In this document: positions 59,727 through 64,000 of the stretch, piece after piece | Layout of the letters: each line of letters begins with the position of its first letter | How positions within the stretch are numbered: position 1 is the stretch's first letter | NCBI GenBank assembly: GCA_035526415.1 | Contig: DATLCL010000069.1 | Coordinates: 2,461-66,460, forward strand | Direction of reading: 5' to 3' | DNA: 64,000 nt | Source: Aeromicrobium sp. | Lineage (GTDB): Bacteria > Actinomycetota > Actinomycetes > Propionibacteriales > Nocardioidaceae | Notes under the pieces: model-generated | Told to the model about the DNA's origin: nothing | The model's database searches: none | Seen by the model: the letters and a program-made list of their open reading frames with translations, nothing else | Made by a program: the position numbers and the translations under genes

Positions 59727-59744
59727 GTCAGGAGCCTACGCCCT

Positions 59745-59766
59745 CTTTCGTCACTATTGACGAAAC
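59745..59766. repeat. 22-bp palindromic operator, copy 2
   Basis: CTTTCGTCACTATTGACGAAAC, between divergent tetR and dehydrogenase. Confidence 0.85.
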
Positions 59767-59793
59767 GCCCGTGCAGTGCCAGCGTTCGGTGCT

Positions 59794-61365
59794 ATGACTC
59801 AGTACGACGCGATCGTCCTCGGTGCCGGGCACAACGGACTTGCCGCGGGTGTCCTGCTTCAGGAAGCCGGCCTGCGGACGGCGATCCTCGAGGCCAAGCG
59901 CTACGCCGGCGGGATGGCCTCGACGGTCGAGCTGTTCGACGGCTTCCGGTTCGAGATCGCCGGCTCGCTGCAGTTCCCGACATCCTCCGTCGTGAGCAAG
60001 GCACTCGGGCTTGGCAGCCTGCCAACCGTCGAGCTGGAGGTGATGTCGGTGTCGATGCGCGGCATCGGTGACGCGCCGCTCGTCTACTACACCGACCTCA
60101 TGCAGCTGATGACTCACCTCGAGGCCGATCACGGCAGCGAGGTCGTCATGGGCATGGCCGAGCTCGCCGGTTGGGCAGCCGCACCCACCCGCGCCATGGG
60201 CCGGTTCGACGTCGAGACACCACCGCGCACCGCCGATGAGATGCTGGCGATGGCAGCCGACGACGCCGAGCGCCGAGCGATCCAGGAGATGTTGACCGCA
60301 TCGGCCAGCGAGGTCATCGACCGCTTCATCCCGGACAAGGAGAAGCACGGTGCGTTGCGGGGCATGCTCGCGTTCCTCGCCTGCAACAGCCAGTATCGCG
60401 GGCCGGAGACCGCGGGCAGCGCCTACGGATTCGCGTTCGGCTTCGCGGTCCCGGACGAGACCGCGACGCTCATGACCAAGCTCGAAGGCGGAATTGGAAC
60501 ACTGACCCGCCACCTGCAGGAGCGCTATGCCACCGCCGGGGGCGAGCTGGTTTTGGGCGCATCCGCCACGAACATCACGACGGACGGCACCCACGTCACC
60601 GGCGTCATCACCGATCAGGGGGCCTTCGCCGCCCCCGTCGTCGTCTCGACCCTCGAACCCGGCCTCACCGTCGGCCTCGCCGGCGCTGCGGCTCCCGAGC
60701 AAGTTCGCACGCGGTTCGCCGCCGTCGACCACCGCGGAAGCTATGTGCAGATGCATTTTGCGCTGGACGCGGTGCCCGAGTTCGTCGAGCCCTACGAGCT
60801 CCTCAACGACCCGAAGATGCAGGGCGCCATCGGCCTGTTCAGTACGCCGGAGGAGCTCCAGCAACAGTACGAGGACTGTCGCCGGGGCATCGTGCCCGCC
60901 GACCCAGCGGTCGCGTTCCAGATTCCGTCGGCGCAGGATCCGTCGCTTGCACCACCCGGCAAGGCGGCCGCGTCGGCGTACTCACTGTGGTTCCCGGTCG
61001 AAGGTGCTGCCGCCGAACCGCACGAATACGCGCGCTTGAAGGCCGAGATGGGCCAACGCGTGATCGACAAGATCGGCCGAATCGCACCGGGGTTCGAGAG
61101 CTTGATCCTCAAGCACACGACCTTCACCCCCAAGCACATGAGCACGATGTTCGGCGCCCCCGGCGGCGACTGGGCCCAGGGCCTCATCCACCCGGAGCAG
61201 ATGGGTGCCCACCGACCCGGGCCGCAAGGCTGGCGCGATCTCCCGCTTGGCATCGACGGCCTGTATCTCGGCGGTGCGGGTTGCCACGGTGGGCCGGGCA
61301 TCACGTTCATCCCCGGCTACAACGCCGCCAAGGCGGTGCTCGCCGAACGGGCCGCAACTGGGTGA
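59794..61365 (+). CDS. Phytoene desaturase-family FAD oxidoreductase (Rv3829c-like)
   Basis: GAGHNGL, GGMASTVELF, IPSAQDPSLAPPGK, LYLGGAGCHGGPG. Confidence 0.88.
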   Translation: MTQYDAIVLGAGHNGLAAGVLLQEAGLRTAILEAKRYAGGMASTVELFDGFRFEIAGSLQFPTSSVVSKALGLGSLPTVELEVMSVSMRGIGDAPLVYYTDLMQLMTHLEADHGSEVVMGMAELAGWAAAPTRAMGRFDVETPPRTADEMLAMAADDAERRAIQEMLTASASEVIDRFIPDKEKHGALRGMLAFLACNSQYRGPETAGSAYGFAFGFAVPDETATLMTKLEGGIGTLTRHLQERYATAGGELVLGASATNITTDGTHVTGVITDQGAFAAPVVVSTLEPGLTVGLAGAAAPEQVRTRFAAVDHRGSYVQMHFALDAVPEFVEPYELLNDPKMQGAIGLFSTPEELQQQYEDCRRGIVPADPAVAFQIPSAQDPSLAPPGKAAASAYSLWFPVEGAAAEPHEYARLKAEMGQRVIDKIGRIAPGFESLILKHTTFTPKHMSTMFGAPGGDWAQGLIHPEQMGAHRPGPQGWRDLPLGIDGLYLGGAGCHGGPGITFIPGYNAAKAVLAERAATG

Positions 61366-61372
61366 ACGGACG

Positions 61373-62854
61373 TCAGTCGAAGGTGAAGTTGCTGAGCGGG
61401 AAGTTCTTCGCCTCCCGAGCGGAGTTGACGGTGGACGTCGTCCGCAGCAGTGGCGTCTCGCCGCTGGGCGTGAAGTAGTAGCTGTGCGCGCCGGCGCAGT
61501 TGCCGTGCTGGAAGACGCTGGAGCGCAGGCCCCTGAGCATGCGGTTCCGGAACGCGACGTGGGCCGACTCCTTGACCTCCCACCTTCGGCTGCTCTTCCG
61601 CGTGAGTTCGCCGAACAGCCGCTCGATGATCGTCATCTGCGGTTCGAGCGTCTGGAAGTAGGAGAGGCCGGAGTACACCCATGGCCCGTCGAGCGTCAGC
61701 AGGTTGGGGAACTTGGGCACCGACGAACCGAGGTAGGCCTGGAACCCCTCTTCCCGCCACCATTTGCCGAGGTTGCGGCCATCCCGGCCGATGATCTCGA
61801 ACGGCGGGAAGCCGAGCTCCCACAGGTTGTAGCCGGTGGCGAGGACCAAGGTGTCGATCTCGTGCCGCGTGCCGTCGCCGGTGACGATGGCATCCGGCTC
61901 GATGTATTCGATCGGCGATGTCTCCAGGTGGACGTGTGGCCGCGTGAACGTGGGGAAGTAGTCGTTCGACACTGTGGGGCGCTTGCAGCCGAAGGTGTAA
62001 CTCGGCGTGAGCTTGCGGCGAAGCTCCGGATCCTGCACCTGGCTGTGGAGGTGTTTCGTCGCGAGCTTCGCCGCAATCGCGTTGAAGAAGCCGAACTGCC
62101 GGTAGTGCAGGACGCCGAACACCAACAGCGCCTCGACGAGCGCCCAGCCGGCGAAATGGGACGCCCGCTGCGTCGCCGGGAACCGCCGGAACAAGCGCTG
62201 CGTACGGGTTGAGATGCGTTTGTCGAACTTCGGGAAAACCCAGATCGGCGTGCGCTGGAAGACGGTGAGTTCGGCGACGTCACGCGCGATCGTCGGCACC
62301 AGCTGGACCGAGGTTGCACCGGTACCGATGACCGCGACGCGTCGCCCGGTGAGATCCAGGCTGTCGTCCCATTCGGCGGTGTGAACCACGGTGCCGGCGA
62401 AGGTCTCGACACCGGCGATCTGCGGCATAGCCGGTTCGGACAGGAAGCCGGTCGCCGTGATCAGGTGCTGCGTCGTGACCGTGCTGCCGTCGGCCAACGC
62501 CACCACCCAGACGCCCGCGTCGTCGTCCCAGCGGGCCGACGTCACAGTGACGCCGAATCGCATGTGGCTGCGCAGGTCGTGTTTCGCCGCGACCTGGTCG
62601 CAGTACGCCTTGAGCTCGTGCCCGCGCGCGAACACGTGCGACCAGTTCGGGTTCGGCTCGAACGAGTACGAGTAAGTCGCCGACGGGATGTCGACGGTGA
62701 GACCGGGGTAGTGATTGACGTACCACGTCCCGCCGAGGTCGTCGGCGCGTTCGAAGATGACGTAGTCCTCGACGCCGGCTCGCTGCAGCGCGATGGCGGC
62801 GCCCATTCCGCCGAAACCGGCGCCCACGATGACGACTTGATGATCGAGCCTCAT
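61373..62854 (-). CDS. Baeyer-Villiger-type flavin monooxygenase
   Basis: GAGFGG, GGTWYVNHYPG, FAGTVVHTAEWD (FxGxxxHxxxW), GTGATS, GCKR. Confidence 0.92.
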   Translation of the reverse strand: MRLDHQVVIVGAGFGGMGAAIALQRAGVEDYVIFERADDLGGTWYVNHYPGLTVDIPSATYSYSFEPNPNWSHVFARGHELKAYCDQVAAKHDLRSHMRFGVTVTSARWDDDAGVWVVALADGSTVTTQHLITATGFLSEPAMPQIAGVETFAGTVVHTAEWDDSLDLTGRRVAVIGTGATSVQLVPTIARDVAELTVFQRTPIWVFPKFDKRISTRTQRLFRRFPATQRASHFAGWALVEALLVFGVLHYRQFGFFNAIAAKLATKHLHSQVQDPELRRKLTPSYTFGCKRPTVSNDYFPTFTRPHVHLETSPIEYIEPDAIVTGDGTRHEIDTLVLATGYNLWELGFPPFEIIGRDGRNLGKWWREEGFQAYLGSSVPKFPNLLTLDGPWVYSGLSYFQTLEPQMTIIERLFGELTRKSSRRWEVKESAHVAFRNRMLRGLRSSVFQHGNCAGAHSYYFTPSGETPLLRTTSTVNSAREAKNFPLSNFTFD

Positions 62855-62936
62855 CCGTCCACCTTGGCATGTGCCCCCGGACACTGGACAGTCCGGGCGG
62901 TGCCCCCACGCAGCCACCGACCGTAAGGTGGCGCCC

Positions 62937-63584
62937 ATGGTGGTCGACATCACGGTGCGCGGCGAGGCCGAGGCGCGCTATCCGGCCGAGCGCGGCATCG
63001 TCACGCTGGCTGCCGCGGTGGAGCGGGCCGAGAAGCAGCAGGCCTACGACCAGGCTGCGTCCGTGCAGCAGGCCGTCACCGCGCAGCTGACGGAGTTGGC
63101 CGACCGCGGCGCCGTCCTCGACTGGTCGAGCGACCAGGTCAGCGTCTACAGCCACCGACCGTGGCGGGACAACGGGGAGCGGGAGAACCCCGTCCACGTC
63201 GCGCGGGTGGAGATCATCGCCGAGTTCTCCGACTTCGACCGGCTCGGCGGGTTCATCGACTATTGGGCTTCTCGCGATGGCGTCGAGATCGCGGGCATCG
63301 TCTGGGACGTGCTGGACCGCAATCGCCGCGTCTACGAGAACGAGTTGCGCCGGGCGGCTGTCGACGACGCGCTGATCCGGGCGCAGGCTTACGCCGACGC
63401 ACTGCGGCGCGGACGGGTCGTGGCGACCCGAATCGCCGACCCGGGCCTGCTGGATTCCGGCGGGGGGCCGAGGCCCTATGCGTTGAAGATGGAGTCGGCG
63501 GTGGCCGACTCCGGTGGCCTACAGCTGACGCCCGAGCCGGTGCGCATCCACGTTGCCGTCGACGCCGGTTTCACAGCCGATTAG
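62937..63584 (+). CDS. SIMPL/DUF541 domain protein
   Basis: ITVRGEAE, RRAAVDDALIRAQAYA, IADPGLL, LTPEPV. Confidence 0.85.
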   Translation: MVVDITVRGEAEARYPAERGIVTLAAAVERAEKQQAYDQAASVQQAVTAQLTELADRGAVLDWSSDQVSVYSHRPWRDNGERENPVHVARVEIIAEFSDFDRLGGFIDYWASRDGVEIAGIVWDVLDRNRRVYENELRRAAVDDALIRAQAYADALRRGRVVATRIADPGLLDSGGGPRPYALKMESAVADSGGLQLTPEPVRIHVAVDAGFTAD

Positions 63585-63722
63585 CCTTCCCAAGCACTCT
63601 GTGCAGGGGCGGCGCTCGTCAAGGGGCGCCCCCAGCGATATGCGTCACATTCCACGGGTCTGACCTGCGCAAACGCAGGCAACCGCGTTTGCTCGGCGAC
63701 GTCGCCGGGGTAAGTTGCGAAC

Positions 63723-64000
63723 ATGTCTCTCTGGTCGCGCTGGCGACATCTTTCGGAGTCTGCACGCGACCGGATCCGTCGATGGGCCGGCCTGCGCCGG
63801 CGTGCGGACCGCCTCGCGCTGCCTGGGATCCGCTTGATCAGACCCAGCTTGGCTGCCCTGCCCGGCTCGGCTGCGGCGTCAGTCCCACGCGCCCGCGAGG
63901 TCGTGCGCAGGCTGCGCATTGCGCGCAGGCAGTTCGGGCCCATGCGGGTCGTCTTCGAGCAGGCGATCGTCCACGAGAAGTTCAGTCTGCGTGCGCGGGT
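63723..64000 (+). CDS. Hypothetical protein, 5' part (runs off window end)
   Basis: Open frame MSLWSRWRHLSESARDRIRRWAG...VFEQAIVHEKFSLRAR with no stop; TAAGTT -10 lies 6 nt before the ATG. Confidence 0.5.
   Translation, partial: MSLWSRWRHLSESARDRIRRWAGLRRRADRLALPGIRLIRPSLAALPGSAAASVPRAREVVRRLRIARRQFGPMRVVFEQAIVHEKFSLRAR

Noticed and set aside
1-64000. CRISPR arrays, tRNA/rRNA genes, transposases, integrases, prophage or defence systems
   Set aside because: I saw no repeat-spacer structure, cloverleaf or recognisable motifs. The window is almost entirely core and metabolic genes.

Overview
This high-GC actinobacterial chromosome segment spans the replication origin. Gene order and protein features suggest Nocardioidaceae/Aeromicrobium-like (inference). 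It holds the canonical origin cluster recF(partial)-gnd-dnaN-[oriC]-dnaA | rpmH-rnpA-yidD-yidC-jag-rsmG-parA-parB, with two parS sites. Next come trxAB, a cell-wall block (split MurJ and pseudokinase, DUF6049, class A PBP, FemX, Alr-like), CCA enzyme and ino1/PadR. These are followed by a cpATP-grasp/alpha-E/transglutaminase operon, rpsF-ssb-rpsR-rplI, dnaB, csoR-copZ-copA, serA, beta-oxidation genes, ppk2 and several flavoenzymes. I found no rRNA, tRNA, CRISPR array, prophage or transposase. The most interesting signals are non-coding: (1) a recurring 8-bp-periodic TCGA-(AT-rich 4) iteron motif inside dnaA, inside rsmG next to parS, and just after parB; (2) a second DnaA-box cluster about 31 kb from oriC in front of dnaB; (3) a TetR gene bracketed by 22-bp inverted operator copies; (4) a family of REP-like hairpins; (5) a GlnR-like box on the ATP-grasp/transglutaminase operon; (6) pervasive leaderless promoters. 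All calls come from reading motifs by eye; no database searches were run.
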